Shown: positions 42,319-52,097 of the stretch, one piece after another
Numbering within the stretch: position 1 is the stretch's first letter
Layout: each line of letters starts with the position of its first letter
Assembly (NCBI GenBank): GCA_963724465.1
Contig: CAVRUT010000003.1
Span: forward strand, 308,505-372,504
Direction of reading: 5' to 3'
Length of the DNA: 64,000 bases
Source: an uncultured Acidobacteriota bacterium
GTDB taxonomy: Bacteria > Acidobacteriota > Thermoanaerobaculia > UBA5066 > Gp7-AA6
Made by a program: the position numbers and the translations under genes
Notes under the pieces: model-generated
What the model saw: the letters and a program-made list of their open reading frames with translations, nothing else
Databases searched by the model: none
What the model was told of the DNA's origin: nothing

Positions 42319-44217
42319 CTACGTCTCGAAATCGGGGTTCTCGGTCAGGCGCGTGCCGTCCCGCCGGAACGCGTCGATGAAGCTCGCGATGCGCTGCTTC
42401 GCCGTCTGGAGGTCGTGGTTATTGAGGTTGATGTTGAGCAGGTCGATGTACCACGGCGGCTTGACGGACTCGCGGGCGTAGGTCTCGACGATGGCGCGGG
42501 CGATCGGCAGCGTCGTCGGCTTCGAGTCATCGTGGACGTCGCGGTTGCCCGCCCGCAGCAGCTTGGCATACTCCTCGTCGACGAGCCGGGTAAAGAGCGC
42601 AGCGGTGAACGTATCGCCGGCGCGCACGCCGGTCTCCGGGTCGCCGTCGGTGAACCGGGCGCCCTTGTGCAGCCACTCCCAGAGGATGCTCATCCGGATC
42701 TCGCCCGTCGCCATGTCCTCCATCAGGTAGAGCACGTCGTCGTTGCCGAAGAAGTCGGCGGGCTTCAGAGCGACGGCCTGGAAGCCCCGGCCGAAGGCAT
42801 TGCCGTACTGCAGAGCGACGCTCAAGAGATCGCGCGCCCCGCGCACGGTTCGCGGCGCCGGCTCCAGCAGCGTCAGGCCGTCGGCGTCCTCCGGCGTGTA
42901 GGTCAGACGCGGGAACTGCCGGCCGAGCTGATTGTCGGCGCCGGCCCGCTCCCACACGGGTCGCACGATGGGCACCATCTTCCAGTGCGCCACCCACTTG
43001 CCGCTCGCGCCTTCGCGCTGCTCGCGCTCGCCGCCGGCGACCGCTCGCTGCATGCCGGCGCCGACTCCCGCCGCCGAGCCTACCGGGATGTTGGCCTCCA
43101 TCCCGCCCTCCCAGAGCGCGCAGCGGCCGTCTCGGTCGGGGGTGTTCACCGCCCGGCGGACGCGGTCTTCGTAGCGGCGCATGTAGCCGTAGGTCATGCC
43201 GATCGCGTCGATGTTGGGGTTGACGAACCTCGAGTCCCACGCCATGGCGTCGGCGACACTGTTGATGTAGTCCCAGCGGCCTGTGTTGAAGCCGACGAAG
43301 TGCGTCCCGAGGGCAGCGCGGATCTCCATCAGCTGAAAGCAAGCCTCGATCTGCTCGACGAGCACGTAGACCTTGATCGTCCCGATCGCGAGCCCGAGGT
43401 GCCGCTCGAGCGCCGCGAGCATGTCGTTCCACAATGCCGCCTCTTCGGCGGTCTGGATCTTCGGGAGGTAGAGGACGATGGACCGGCCCTCGGCGCGCAG
43501 CCGCTCGTGGTTGTTCACGACATAGGGCACGAGGTCGACGATCGACGCGGAAAAGCCGGTGCCGTCGGCTTCACGCACGTGCCGGTCGTCGAGGTGCAGC
43601 CCGCGGGGACGGAAGAGCCGGGTGGTGAAGTCGAGCTGCTTGCGCCAGTCGTCGAACATCGGCCGGCCGAAGAAGTCCCGGGCCCAGCCGTTCATCTCGA
43701 CGGCGACTTCCTCGGCGACCCGCAGGAAGATCGGTTCCCTGTCGAGGGCCTGTTTGAGATTCCGGTGGTTGTCGAGCGACATCGTGTCGACTTGTCCCAG
43801 GGCATCCTCGCCGTCGAACATCCACCCGTCGGCGCCGGAGAGCAGCGCGTAGGCGACGCTGCGCAGGCCGCTCTCGGGCGCAGCGCGAGGCCTGGTGGCG
43901 GGGCCGGTGCCCTGGATCCACTGGCGCTTGAGGTCGGCCGGGATCGTGCTACCGGTGAAGCGGCCTTCGCGGGCATCGCGCACACGAAGGTCAGTACGCG
44001 GAATGACCGCGTCGGGCTCGCAGAAGGCGAGGCGGCGCCCGCGGAGTGCCCGCTCGCTCCGCCGCGCGATGCGCTCGGCCATGATCCGCCGCCGGTCGCG
44101 ATTGAGCGGCGCCAGCACCGCGAGCGCCGCCCTTACCGCCGGGGTGTAGACGTCGGGATACGCTGCGAGGAGACCCCTTCGGAATTCGACCGTGCCGGGC
44201 ATCGCGGACTCCTTCAT
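42319..44217 (-). CDS. aceB: malate synthase (A-type-like)
   Basis: Intact 632-aa ORF with ..DGEDALGQV.., ..[19 protein letters not shown].., ..[11 protein letters not shown].. It lies immediately upstream of aceA on the same strand. Confidence 0.85.
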   Translation of the reverse strand: MKESAMPGTVEFRRGLLAAYPDVYTPAVRAALAVLAPLNRDRRRIMAERIARRSERALRGRRLAFCEPDAVIPRTDLRVRDAREGRFTGSTIPADLKRQWIQGTGPATRPRAAPESGLRSVAYALLSGADGWMFDGEDALGQVDTMSLDNHRNLKQALDREPIFLRVAEEVAVEMNGWARDFFGRPMFDDWRKQLDFTTRLFRPRGLHLDDRHVREADGTGFSASIVDLVPYVVNNHERLRAEGRSIVLYLPKIQTAEEAALWNDMLAALERHLGLAIGTIKVYVLVEQIEACFQLMEIRAALGTHFVGFNTGRWDYINSVADAMAWDSRFVNPNIDAIGMTYGYMRRYEDRVRRAVNTPDRDGRCALWEGGMEANIPVGSAAGVGAGMQRAVAGGEREQREGASGKWVAHWKMVPIVRPVWERAGADNQLGRQFPRLTYTPEDADGLTLLEPAPRTVRGARDLLSVALQYGNAFGRGFQAVALKPADFFGNDDVLYLMEDMATGEIRMSILWEWLHKGARFTDGDPETGVRAGDTFTAALFTRLVDEEYAKLLRAGNRDVHDDSKPTTLPIARAIVETYARESVKPPWYIDLLNINLNNHDLQTAKQRIASFIDAFRRDGTRLTENPDFET

Positions 44218-44281
44218 CGGTTCGACGCTACGGGTTCCGCCTTCGGGCGGATTCGCTTTCAGGAGTCATCGGGCGCACACG

Positions 44282-45508
44282 TTACTTCGCCCGAGCGCGC
44301 ACGGCGGCTCGGAAGGCACGGCGCCCCTCTTCGTCGAGGATGTTGTCGGCGAGCGCGGCGCCGAGAGCCACGAGGTTCGCGGCGGACTTCGCGGCCTTCT
44401 TGACGAGCACGCGCGCCACGGGGCCGATCTGCCTGGCGAGCTCGACCTCGACGAAGTGCAGGTCCTCCTCCCGAAACGTCGACGCCGACGCGGCCGTCGG
44501 CACGGGCGCCGCAGGGGCCCGCGATTCGGGTCGCGCCTCCGAATGAGACGTGGTGGGAGGAAGGCCGGTGCCGGGCACCCACGGTGTGCGCATGCTCGGC
44601 GGCGGCCCCTTCCGCTCGGAATCGATCAAGGTCGCGATGCCGCTCACGGAGGGCTCGTCCGCCTCCACGGCCTCGCCGATCTGGAGGCGATAGAGGTCCC
44701 GGTCGAGCGCCAGCACGTCCGGGTAGCGCTCCCCGCGGTCCTTGGCCATCATCTTGCGCAGCACCCGGCAAAGCCCTTCGGAGAGGCTCGGCTCGTACGT
44801 TCGGGGATCGGGCAGTGGCTCCGTCAAGTGCATGGACATCACCATGGCGCCCGACGTGCCCTTGAAGGGGGCGTGCCCCGTGACGAGCTGGAAGAAGGTC
44901 GCGCCGAGCGAGTAGATGTCGGCGCGCGCGTCGATGTCCTTCGCGCCGCGGATCTGCTCGGGCGAAATGTATTCCGGGGTCCCGACGGCCTGCCCAGTCT
45001 GGGTCAGGCCGTGGTCCTCGCCGATGCGTTTGGCGATGCCGAGATCCACGAGCTTCAGCTTGTCCCCTTTGGCGGTGAGCATGAGGTTGTCCGGCTTGAT
45101 GTCCCGGTGGATGATCCCCTCGGCGTGCGCGACCGCGAGCGCCGCCACGGCGTGACGGACGACCAGGAGAGCGTCGCGCTCCTTGAAGCGGAACCGCTTC
45201 AGAAGCGTCCGAAGCGACTGGCCGTCCACGTACTCCATCGCGAGGAAATAGACGCCCTCCTCGCACCCGAAGTCGTAGATCTGGACGATGTTCGGGTGGT
45301 TGAGCCGCGCGGCCGCGCGGGCCTCCTTCTGGAACCGCTGCACGAACTCCTGGTCCGCCGAGAACCGCGGCGCGAGCGTTTTCAACGCGACGATGCGATC
45401 CAGGCTGAGGTTCTTCGCGCGGTAGACCCTTCCCATTCCTCCGGAGCCCAGCTCCTCGAGGACCTCGTATGCGCCGAACCGCCGCCCCGCGAGGCTCTGG
45501 TCCGTCAA
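44282..45508 (-). CDS. Ser/Thr protein kinase
   Basis: FGAYEVLEELGSGGMGRVYRAKN..ALKTL..HRDIKPDNLML..DLGIAK..GTPEYISPEQ, followed by a C-terminal non-catalytic ~120-aa region. Confidence 0.9.
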   Translation of the reverse strand: MTDQSLAGRRFGAYEVLEELGSGGMGRVYRAKNLSLDRIVALKTLAPRFSADQEFVQRFQKEARAAARLNHPNIVQIYDFGCEEGVYFLAMEYVDGQSLRTLLKRFRFKERDALLVVRHAVAALAVAHAEGIIHRDIKPDNLMLTAKGDKLKLVDLGIAKRIGEDHGLTQTGQAVGTPEYISPEQIRGAKDIDARADIYSLGATFFQLVTGHAPFKGTSGAMVMSMHLTEPLPDPRTYEPSLSEGLCRVLRKMMAKDRGERYPDVLALDRDLYRLQIGEAVEADEPSVSGIATLIDSERKGPPPSMRTPWVPGTGLPPTTSHSEARPESRAPAAPVPTAASASTFREEDLHFVEVELARQIGPVARVLVKKAAKSAANLVALGAALADNILDEEGRRAFRAAVRARAK

Positions 45509-45532
45509 GCGTCCGCAACCCCCGGCATCGCG

Positions 45533-46408
45533 CTACTCCTCTTCGAGCATCTTCAGGGCCTTCACGAGGCTGATCCGCATCCGATTGAACGACCCCGCCA
45601 GCACGGCCACCTCGTCGTGTCGCTTGAATCGGACCTCGGGCACGTCGAGGTTGCCCGTCGAGACCTCGTCGGCCATCTGCGACAGCCGGCGAATCGGGCG
45701 GATGATCGAGAACCACAGCATCACGTTCAGGAGAACGAGGATGAGCACGAAGACACCCACGAGCGAGGCGAGCATCGCGCCGTGCGCCTCCGACGCCATC
45801 CTGAGGGGCAGAGCCAGAGGCACGGATACGATCTGCGCCCCGATGATCTCGTTCAACTTCCAACCGTAGCCGCCGGAGCTCCCGTACCTCCTCACGACCG
45901 AGGCGGGGGTCGTCTCCGGCGTGGTGTGGCAGGACAGACATCCCGGGTCGGTGATCCTGATTGGCCGGGCCAGATAGAGCGCTCGCCCGAGCGGAGCGTC
46001 TCGCTCGCCGATGATCTCCGGCAGCTTCGCGTCCGAGCGGAAAGCGTTGACGACGTCCGCCTCCCAGTCGACCGTACGGTCGCGCGGGTTGGTCGGGTTC
46101 AGCGTCGCTTCCTTATAGGAGTACTCGGGGTGCGTTTCCCTCAGGGTGTTGAAGATTTCCGTCGCGGAGTACGCCGGGACCGTCTGCGGTAGAAACTCCT
46201 CGTCGAGTCGGGCGGCGAGCAGCGGCTTGATCTGCTTGTTCGTGTACCCGCGCGTTGCCATTGCGGTCTGCATCATCAGACGGGCGTGCTGAACGACCTG
46301 CGTGCGCGCGTTCTTCTGGACGAGATTCCGGGTGATCACGTGCGCGGGCACGAGGGCGATCCCGAAGCACAGGATCAGGATCAGGTTGAACTTGATCAGG
46401 AGCGACAT
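45533..46408 (-). CDS. DUF3365 (putative c-type haem, CLSCH) plus HAMP domain membrane sensor without output domain
   Basis: MSLLIKFNLILILCFGIALV (TM), ..YKEATLNPTNPRDRTVDWEAD..ITDPGCLSCHTTPETTP.., a second TM, then the HAMP segment IIRPIRRLSQMADEVSTGNLDVPEVRFKRHDEVAVLAGSFNRM. It ends 24 nt before the kinase gene. Confidence 0.75.
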   Translation of the reverse strand: MSLLIKFNLILILCFGIALVPAHVITRNLVQKNARTQVVQHARLMMQTAMATRGYTNKQIKPLLAARLDEEFLPQTVPAYSATEIFNTLRETHPEYSYKEATLNPTNPRDRTVDWEADVVNAFRSDAKLPEIIGERDAPLGRALYLARPIRITDPGCLSCHTTPETTPASVVRRYGSSGGYGWKLNEIIGAQIVSVPLALPLRMASEAHGAMLASLVGVFVLILVLLNVMLWFSIIRPIRRLSQMADEVSTGNLDVPEVRFKRHDEVAVLAGSFNRMRISLVKALKMLEEE

Positions 46409-46619
46409 GTCTCCCTCTCCCCTTGGGTAGGGGGATCTTATCGCGGCAAGAGCGACCGTCGCGACGGGGCGGCAAAACGGTCCCGCGTCGCCCCTGGCCT
46501 CAGAAATGACGAAAGTTTCGTGGCGCGGCCCACTCGGTGTCGATCCAGGCTGGTCCCGTTCGTATAGAGAGTGAGGAGCCGCCACGGTGCCGGCGATTCG
46601 GAGCGACGAGGAGGTGGAG

Positions 46620-47243
46620 ATGAGAAAAATCGTTGTGGTCGAAAGTCCTTCGCTGGATGGCGTGATGCAGGCGCCCGGCCGGGCCGACGAGGACCTCCGC
46701 GGCGGCTTCTCGCACGGCGGCTGGGCTCTTTCTTACAGAGATTCGGTCATGGGCAGATTCATGGCGGAAGGGATGGCCCAGGCCGGCCCCCTGCTGTTCG
46801 GGCGGCGGACGTACGAGGACTTCTTCCGTGTCTGGCCCCAGAGGAAGGACAACCCATTCACGGAGGTGCTCGACAATTCCCAGAAGTACGTCGTCTCGAC
46901 GAGGCTGACCGAGCCGCTCCCGTGGAAGAACTCGACGCTGCTCGAGGGCGACGCGTCGGACACCGTGGCCCGGCTCAAAGAACAGCCGGGCAACGACATG
47001 GTGGTCCTGGGCAGCGGAGAGCTCGTCCGATCGCTGATCCGGCATGACCTCGTGGACGAGTGCGTGCTCGCGATTCACCCTCTCGTGCTCGGATCTGGGC
47101 GACGTCTCTTCCCAAACGATGGCGCCTTCGCCGCGCTCCGCCTCGTGGACGCTAAGACGACGACCACGGGCGTGGTGATCGCGACGTACTCATCCTGCGG
47201 CGCGATACGATCGGCAATGACCGTTCAGGAGAACCCGCGATGA
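46620..47243 (+). CDS. dihydrofolate-reductase-like (RibD C-terminal domain) family protein
   Basis: [79 protein letters not shown]. Confidence 0.8.
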   Translation: MRKIVVVESPSLDGVMQAPGRADEDLRGGFSHGGWALSYRDSVMGRFMAEGMAQAGPLLFGRRTYEDFFRVWPQRKDNPFTEVLDNSQKYVVSTRLTEPLPWKNSTLLEGDASDTVARLKEQPGNDMVVLGSGELVRSLIRHDLVDECVLAIHPLVLGSGRRLFPNDGAFAALRLVDAKTTTTGVVIATYSSCGAIRSAMTVQENPR

Positions 47244-47593
47244 AGCAGTACCTTCTCAGCATGTACCAGCCCGAGGGAGGACTTCCGCCGCGAGAGTTCC
47301 TGGAAAAGGTGATGCGGGACGTCGATGCCATCCACCGGGATCTCGAGGCCGCCGGCGCGTGGGTCTTCGGCGCGGGCCTGCACCCTTCGAGCACCGCGAC
47401 CGTGGTGCGGCTCCACGACGGCGAGGTGCTCACGACGGACGGCCCGTTCGCCGAGAGCAAGGAGTACATCGGCGGGATCACGATCATCCGGGCGCCGGAT
47501 CTCGACTCCGCGCTCGAGTGGGCCCGCCGGTACGCTCGAGCGACCACTCTCGCGATCGAGGTGCGGCCGTTCCGGGAAAGGACGGGGGGCTGA
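47240..47593 (+). CDS. YCII-related (DGPF-motif) protein
   Basis: [13 protein letters not shown]...[39 protein letters not shown] overlap with the upstream gene. Confidence 0.85.
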   Translation: MKQYLLSMYQPEGGLPPREFLEKVMRDVDAIHRDLEAAGAWVFGAGLHPSSTATVVRLHDGEVLTTDGPFAESKEYIGGITIIRAPDLDSALEWARRYARATTLAIEVRPFRERTGG

Positions 47594-47601
47594 TCGCTGG
47601 C

Positions 47602-48879
47602 GTGCCGACCCTCGACGCCTCGCAGGTCGAACGTGTGTTCCGCGAGGAGTACGGTCGGGCGGTGGCCGCGCTGGTCCGCCACTTCGGCGACGTCGACGCG
47701 GCCGAGGAAGCGGTTCAGGACGCGTTCACCGCGGCGGTGCAACGCTGGCCGTCCGCCGGCCTGCCGCCGAGCCCGGCGGGATGGATCATCACCACAGCTC
47801 GCAACCGGGCGATCGACCGCCTCCGCCGCGAGGCGTCCCGCGAGGACCGGCACGCCCAGGCCGCCCTGCTGCACGCGAGCCGGGAACCGGTCGAGGAGGG
47901 CGCCGTGCGCGACGATCGCCTTCGCCTGATCTTCACCTGCTGCCATCCCGCGCTCTCGACGGGCGCCCGGGTCGCCCTGACGCTCCGGCTCCTGGGCGGG
48001 CTCACCACCGCGGAGATCGCGCGCGCGTTCCTGGTGGCCGAGCCCTCGATGGCTCAGCGGCTGGTTCGGGCAAAGGGCAAGATCCGCGATGCCAGGATCC
48101 CTTATCGGGTTCCGAGCGAGGCGGACCTCCCGGGCCGTCTTCGCGCCGTGCTCGCCGTCGTCTATCTCATTTTCAACGAGGGCTACACGGCGAGCTCGGG
48201 CGACCGGCTCGTCCGCGAGGATCTCTGCGCGGAGGCGGTCCGCCTCGGACGGCTCCTGGCCGAGTTGATGCCGGACGAACCGGAGGTCATGGGGCTGCTC
48301 GCGCTCATGCTGCTGATCGAGTCGCGCCGCGCGACCCGCGCCTCGGCCGGCGGCGACCTCGTGCTGCTCGCCGACCAGAACCGCGACCTCTGGGATCGCG
48401 GCCTCATCTCCGAAGGCCTGGAGCTCGTCCGCCGATGTCTCGCGCTCAACCGGCCCGGCCCGTACCAGATCCAGGCGGCGATCAACGCCGTCCACAGCGA
48501 CGCGCCCGTCGCGTCCGCCACGGACTGGCGGCAGATCCTGCGGCTCTACGACCAGCTCCTGTCGATGGCGCCGGGCCCCGTCGTGGCCTTGAACCGCGCG
48601 GTTGCGCTGGCCGAGGTCGAAGGACCGGATGCCGCGCTCGCCCTGCTCGACGGCCTCGATCTAGACGGCTATCACCTTTTCCACGCGATTCGCGCCGACC
48701 TGCTCCGGCGCGTGGGCCGCAACGACGAAGCGTCGCTGGCGTATGCGGCGGCGATCGCCCGCACCGACAACGCCCGCGAGCGCGCCTTCCTGGAGCGCCG
48801 CCGTCAGGCGCCTCACCCGGTCGTGACGAGGTGTTGCCTTAGACCGCGCTGCCGCGACGTATCATCCATCCAGCGCTGA
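47602..48879 (+). CDS. ECF sigma factor with long C-terminal helical extension (ECF42-like)
   Basis: ..[60 protein letters not shown].. (region 2), ..[32 protein letters not shown] (region 4), then a ~230-aa TPR-like tail. The GTG start at 47602 was inferred. Confidence 0.85.
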   Translation: MPTLDASQVERVFREEYGRAVAALVRHFGDVDAAEEAVQDAFTAAVQRWPSAGLPPSPAGWIITTARNRAIDRLRREASREDRHAQAALLHASREPVEEGAVRDDRLRLIFTCCHPALSTGARVALTLRLLGGLTTAEIARAFLVAEPSMAQRLVRAKGKIRDARIPYRVPSEADLPGRLRAVLAVVYLIFNEGYTASSGDRLVREDLCAEAVRLGRLLAELMPDEPEVMGLLALMLLIESRRATRASAGGDLVLLADQNRDLWDRGLISEGLELVRRCLALNRPGPYQIQAAINAVHSDAPVASATDWRQILRLYDQLLSMAPGPVVALNRAVALAEVEGPDAALALLDGLDLDGYHLFHAIRADLLRRVGRNDEASLAYAAAIARTDNARERAFLERRRQAPHPVVTRCCLRPRCRDVSSIQR

Positions 48880-48883
48880 TCCG

Positions 48884-49237
48884 GTGACGCTCGCTGCTGG
48901 CACGAAGCTCGGCCCTTACGAGATCCTTGCGCCGATCGGTGCGGGTGGGATGGGAGAGGTCTACAGGGCGCGAGACGGCCGTTTGATGCGGGACGTCGCG
49001 ATCAAGATGCTGCCACCCTCCTTTGCGAGCGATCCCGAGCGGCTCCGCCGTTTCGAGCAGGAAGCGCAGGCGGCGGGAAGGCTCAGCCATCCCAACGTCA
49101 CCGCGGTCTACGACGAGACGCTCGCTCAGGAGCCGCGATTCCATGAGCTCAACGCGAGGCTCCGCGTGAAGCGCGATGAGTATCGCCTGCTTTACGAGGG
49201 AGCCGAAGGTTGCGCCGTTTCACCTCCGGGTGTATGA
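48884..49237 (+). pseudogene. Ser/Thr kinase remnant (N-terminal ~75 codons fused to unrelated/C-terminal-like tail)
   Basis: [72 protein letters not shown] is about 80 percent identical at DNA level to the start of the kinase at 61238. The catalytic loop is absent, and the tail [13 protein letters not shown] resembles the C-terminal [13 protein letters not shown] of that kinase. Confidence 0.7.
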
Positions 49238-49449
49238 AATTCACGTGGACGGCAGGCGGCCGGTCCCCGCGCTGCGCCCTCGTTTTCCGGAGGCGAGCCT
49301 CGGTTCGTGCGCGGGGGTCCGACGCTGAGCCCCGGACCGTCATGGTCAGCTCGCTCGGAGATGCTGAGGCGTGAACAGGTGAGGCGAGGGGGCCCGTTGG
49401 GGCACCCCACTTGGGACCCGGAACCACAACCCGAAAGGAGGATTGGAAG

Positions 49450-50832
49450 ATGCACCCCACCGACACAATGAGAATGCTGACGCGAGTCTTCGTCGTCGCC
49501 CTGATTCTGGCGACCCTTGGCCCGTTCCGGCAGGCCCGGGCCGACGAGACCTGCCAGTCTCCTTACATGATGATGATCACCTCGCAGGAGGACTTCGTCT
49601 ACGTGTGGACTCTCGGCAAACAGGGAGTCGGCGACGGCTCCGACAAGCTGGTCACGATCGACGCGCGCCCCGACTCGAAGACCTTCGGCAAAGTGATTCA
49701 TAAAGTCTCCGTCGGAGGGCGGAATGAGGCGCATCATGCCGGATTCACCGACGACCGGCGGTACTTCTGGGCCGGGGGGCTGGACACCAGCAAGATCTTC
49801 ATCTTCGACGTCCACAGCGACCCTGCCAGGCCGCGCCTGCACAAGACGATCAACGACTTCGTGTCCAGGTCGGGCGGAGCGGTGGGGCCGCACACCCACT
49901 ACGCGCTGCCCGGGAGGATGCTCATCGCGGCGCTGTCGAACGACAAGGACCACGGCGGTCGCACGGCGCTGGTGGAGTACAGCAACAACGGCGATTTCGT
50001 CGCGACCCATTGGATCCCAACGAACCAGAGTCCCGGGGGCGCGAAAGTCGACAAGCTCGCAGACGGCTATGGGTACGACGTGCGCGTGCTGCCGCGCCGA
50101 AACACGATGCTCACTTCGTCCTTCACCGGCTGGAACAATTACATGATGGATTTCGGGAAGATGCTGCAGGACAAGGAGGCGATGAAGCGCTTCGGGCAGA
50201 CGGTGACGGTCTGGGACCTTCACGCCCGCAAGCCCCGGAAGGTGCTGGAGGTCCCGGGTGCCCCGCTGGAGATCCGCTTCGCGTTGCAGCCGGAGCACAA
50301 CTATGCGTTCACGACCACTGCCCTGACCTCGAAGATCTGGCTCATCTACGAGGATGAGAGCGGCGAGTGGCAGGCCAGGGAAGTCGCCGACATCGGCGAC
50401 CCGACGAAGATTCCTCTGCCAGTGGACAGTAGCATCGGCGTCGACGACAAGTCTCTCTGGGTCACGACGTTCATGGACGGCAAGGCCCGTCGCTTCGACA
50501 TCAGCGATCCGTTTCACCCCAGGCAGACGTACGAGGAGACGATCGGCTCGCAGGTCAACATGGTCTCCCAGACCTGGGACGGCAGGCGCGTCTACTTCAC
50601 CTCGTCATTGCTCGCCAACTGGGACAAGAAGGGGGAGCAGGACGAGCAATTCTTGAAGGCTTACACCTGGGATGGCCAGAAGCTCAACCCCAGGTTCACG
50701 ATCGATTTCTACGCGGAGCAGCTCGGTCGGCCACATCTCATGCGGTTCGGGGCATACTCGCTCTATGGTCGCGGGCAGACCGGAACCCCCGAAAAGACCG
50801 CCGCGAAGATGCCCGACCAACGGGCGCGATGA
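49450..50832 (+). CDS. mtoX: selenium-binding-protein (SBP56) family protein, methanethiol-oxidase-like, secreted
   Basis: GAAAGGAGG RBS, signal peptide MHPTDTMRMLTRVFVVALILATLGPFRQARA, then an intact SBP56-type sequence (..GRNEAHHAGF..GPHTHYALPG..GYDVRV..WDLHARK..). Confidence 0.8.
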   Translation: MHPTDTMRMLTRVFVVALILATLGPFRQARADETCQSPYMMMITSQEDFVYVWTLGKQGVGDGSDKLVTIDARPDSKTFGKVIHKVSVGGRNEAHHAGFTDDRRYFWAGGLDTSKIFIFDVHSDPARPRLHKTINDFVSRSGGAVGPHTHYALPGRMLIAALSNDKDHGGRTALVEYSNNGDFVATHWIPTNQSPGGAKVDKLADGYGYDVRVLPRRNTMLTSSFTGWNNYMMDFGKMLQDKEAMKRFGQTVTVWDLHARKPRKVLEVPGAPLEIRFALQPEHNYAFTTTALTSKIWLIYEDESGEWQAREVADIGDPTKIPLPVDSSIGVDDKSLWVTTFMDGKARRFDISDPFHPRQTYEETIGSQVNMVSQTWDGRRVYFTSSLLANWDKKGEQDEQFLKAYTWDGQKLNPRFTIDFYAEQLGRPHLMRFGAYSLYGRGQTGTPEKTAAKMPDQRAR

Positions 50833-51562
50833 GACCCAAACACCTCTTCACGGCTCCCGGACGCGGACATAAGGCTTTCGTGCTCGTCGCGACTCTGGCT
50901 CTCGGGGTGGCCGGCTGCTCGAAGCCGGCCGCCAGGAGACTCGGGCCGCCTCGCAGGGCGTTCCACCGGGGCTCGAGTACGTGCCGCCGCAGCCCGGCAG
51001 CTATTCCCTGCCGCCGATTCAGGCCGCCTCGGACGGCACGGTGCTCGATGAGAGCGGGCAGCGACGGCGCCTCTTCGACTACCTGGGCGACCGGTACGCG
51101 CTCTTGAGCTTCATTTACACTCGATGCTCGGCGGTGAAGGGCTGTCCGCTGGCCACCGCCGTCTTCCAGATGCTGCGAAACCAGCTGGACGATGAGCCCA
51201 CGGTGGCCGCAAGGGTTCACCTGATCACGCTGAGCTTCGACCCGGAGCGTGACACTCCGGAAACCATGTACCGCTACGCTCGAAGCGTCGGCGCGAGGAC
51301 TCGCGGGCAGGCGGAATCCTGGACCTTCCTGACGACACCCTCCCAGAGCGAACTCGACCCGATCCTCGACGGCTACGGGCAGTACGTCGTTCGGGAGATC
51401 GATGCCGACGGCCGGCTCACGGGCAACCGTTCACACATGCTGAAGGTCTTCCTGATCGACCGCGCCAGGCGCGTCCGCCAGATCTACAGCTCGGATTTCC
51501 TGCATCCGGCGCTCGTGATCAACGACGTGAAGACTTTGATGATGGAGGACGCCGAGAGCTGA
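50829..51562 (+). CDS. SCO1/SenC-family copper chaperone lipoprotein (frame change near 50945)
   Basis: MRPKHLF..FVLVATLALGVAGC lipobox, then in a second frame ..YALLSFIYTRCSAVKGCPLATAVF (CxxxC copper site)..LITLSFDPERDTPE..HMLKVFLIDRARRVRQIY. ATGA overlap with the mtoX-like stop. Confidence 0.8.
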
Positions 51563-52073
51563 AGCGAGATCGGTGCGCCGAGGAGGAGACTGCGCGCGAC
51601 GGTTTGGATGACGCTGCCGGAGAACCCCTGGCGCGCCGCGCCAGCTGCCGCAGGGCGGTGATGACGGCGCGGCGCGCCGCCGGTGTGTAGGACGCGAGCA
51701 GCCGCACGTTGTCGCGCACGATGGCGCGACGGAGGCTCTCGTATCGGCGCCTCCCTTCCGGCGAGGCGACGATCTTTTTGGCTCGCCGGTCATGCTCGGG
51801 GCGCGACCACTCGACGAGGCCGTGCCTCGTCATGCCCGAGATGACCCGGCTCATGGTGCTCTTGTCGAGCCGAAGGCCCTGCGCGAGTCCGGTGAGGCTT
51901 TCTCCCTCGGAGGAGAGCAGGAGATCGAGGGTGTACGCCTGGACGACGGTGAGCCCGAACCTCAGCGCCTGATCGCGGTCCCGGAATTGGTAGATGCGAA
52001 TGAACGCCGTCGCGGCCTCATAGAGCGCGGCGGCGTCCCGCTGGAGCGATGACGGCCGAATTCGTCCACCCAT
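51519..52073 (-). CDS. MarR-family transcriptional regulator
   Basis: ..LTVVQAYTLDLLLSSEGESLTGLAQGLRLDKSTMSRVISGMTRHGLVEWSRPEHDRRAKKIVASPEG (winged HTH). The unusually long C-terminal tail overlapping SCO1 may be a frame artefact. Confidence 0.8.
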   Translation of the reverse strand: MGGRIRPSSLQRDAAALYEAATAFIRIYQFRDRDQALRFGLTVVQAYTLDLLLSSEGESLTGLAQGLRLDKSTMSRVISGMTRHGLVEWSRPEHDRRAKKIVASPEGRRRYESLRRAIVRDNVRLLASYTPAARRAVITALRQLARRARGSPAASSKPSRAVSSSAHRSRFSSRRPPSSKSSRR

Positions 52074-52078
52074 CTAGA

Positions 52079-52097
52079 TAGTTGCTATTGACAACTA
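52079..52097. promoter_or_regulatory. candidate MarR operator (inverted repeat) in the divergent intergenic region
   Basis: TAGTTG-ctattga-CAACTA lies 6 nt upstream of the MarR start codon and contains TTGACA. It lies between MarR (-) and the secreted protein gene (+). Confidence 0.45.

Noticed and set aside
49425-49452. Partial match to the module core (GGATTGGAAG) upstream of the mtoX-like gene
   Set aside because: It is part of the GAAAGGAGG ribosome-binding region. The flanking conserved blocks and the -10-like box are absent.
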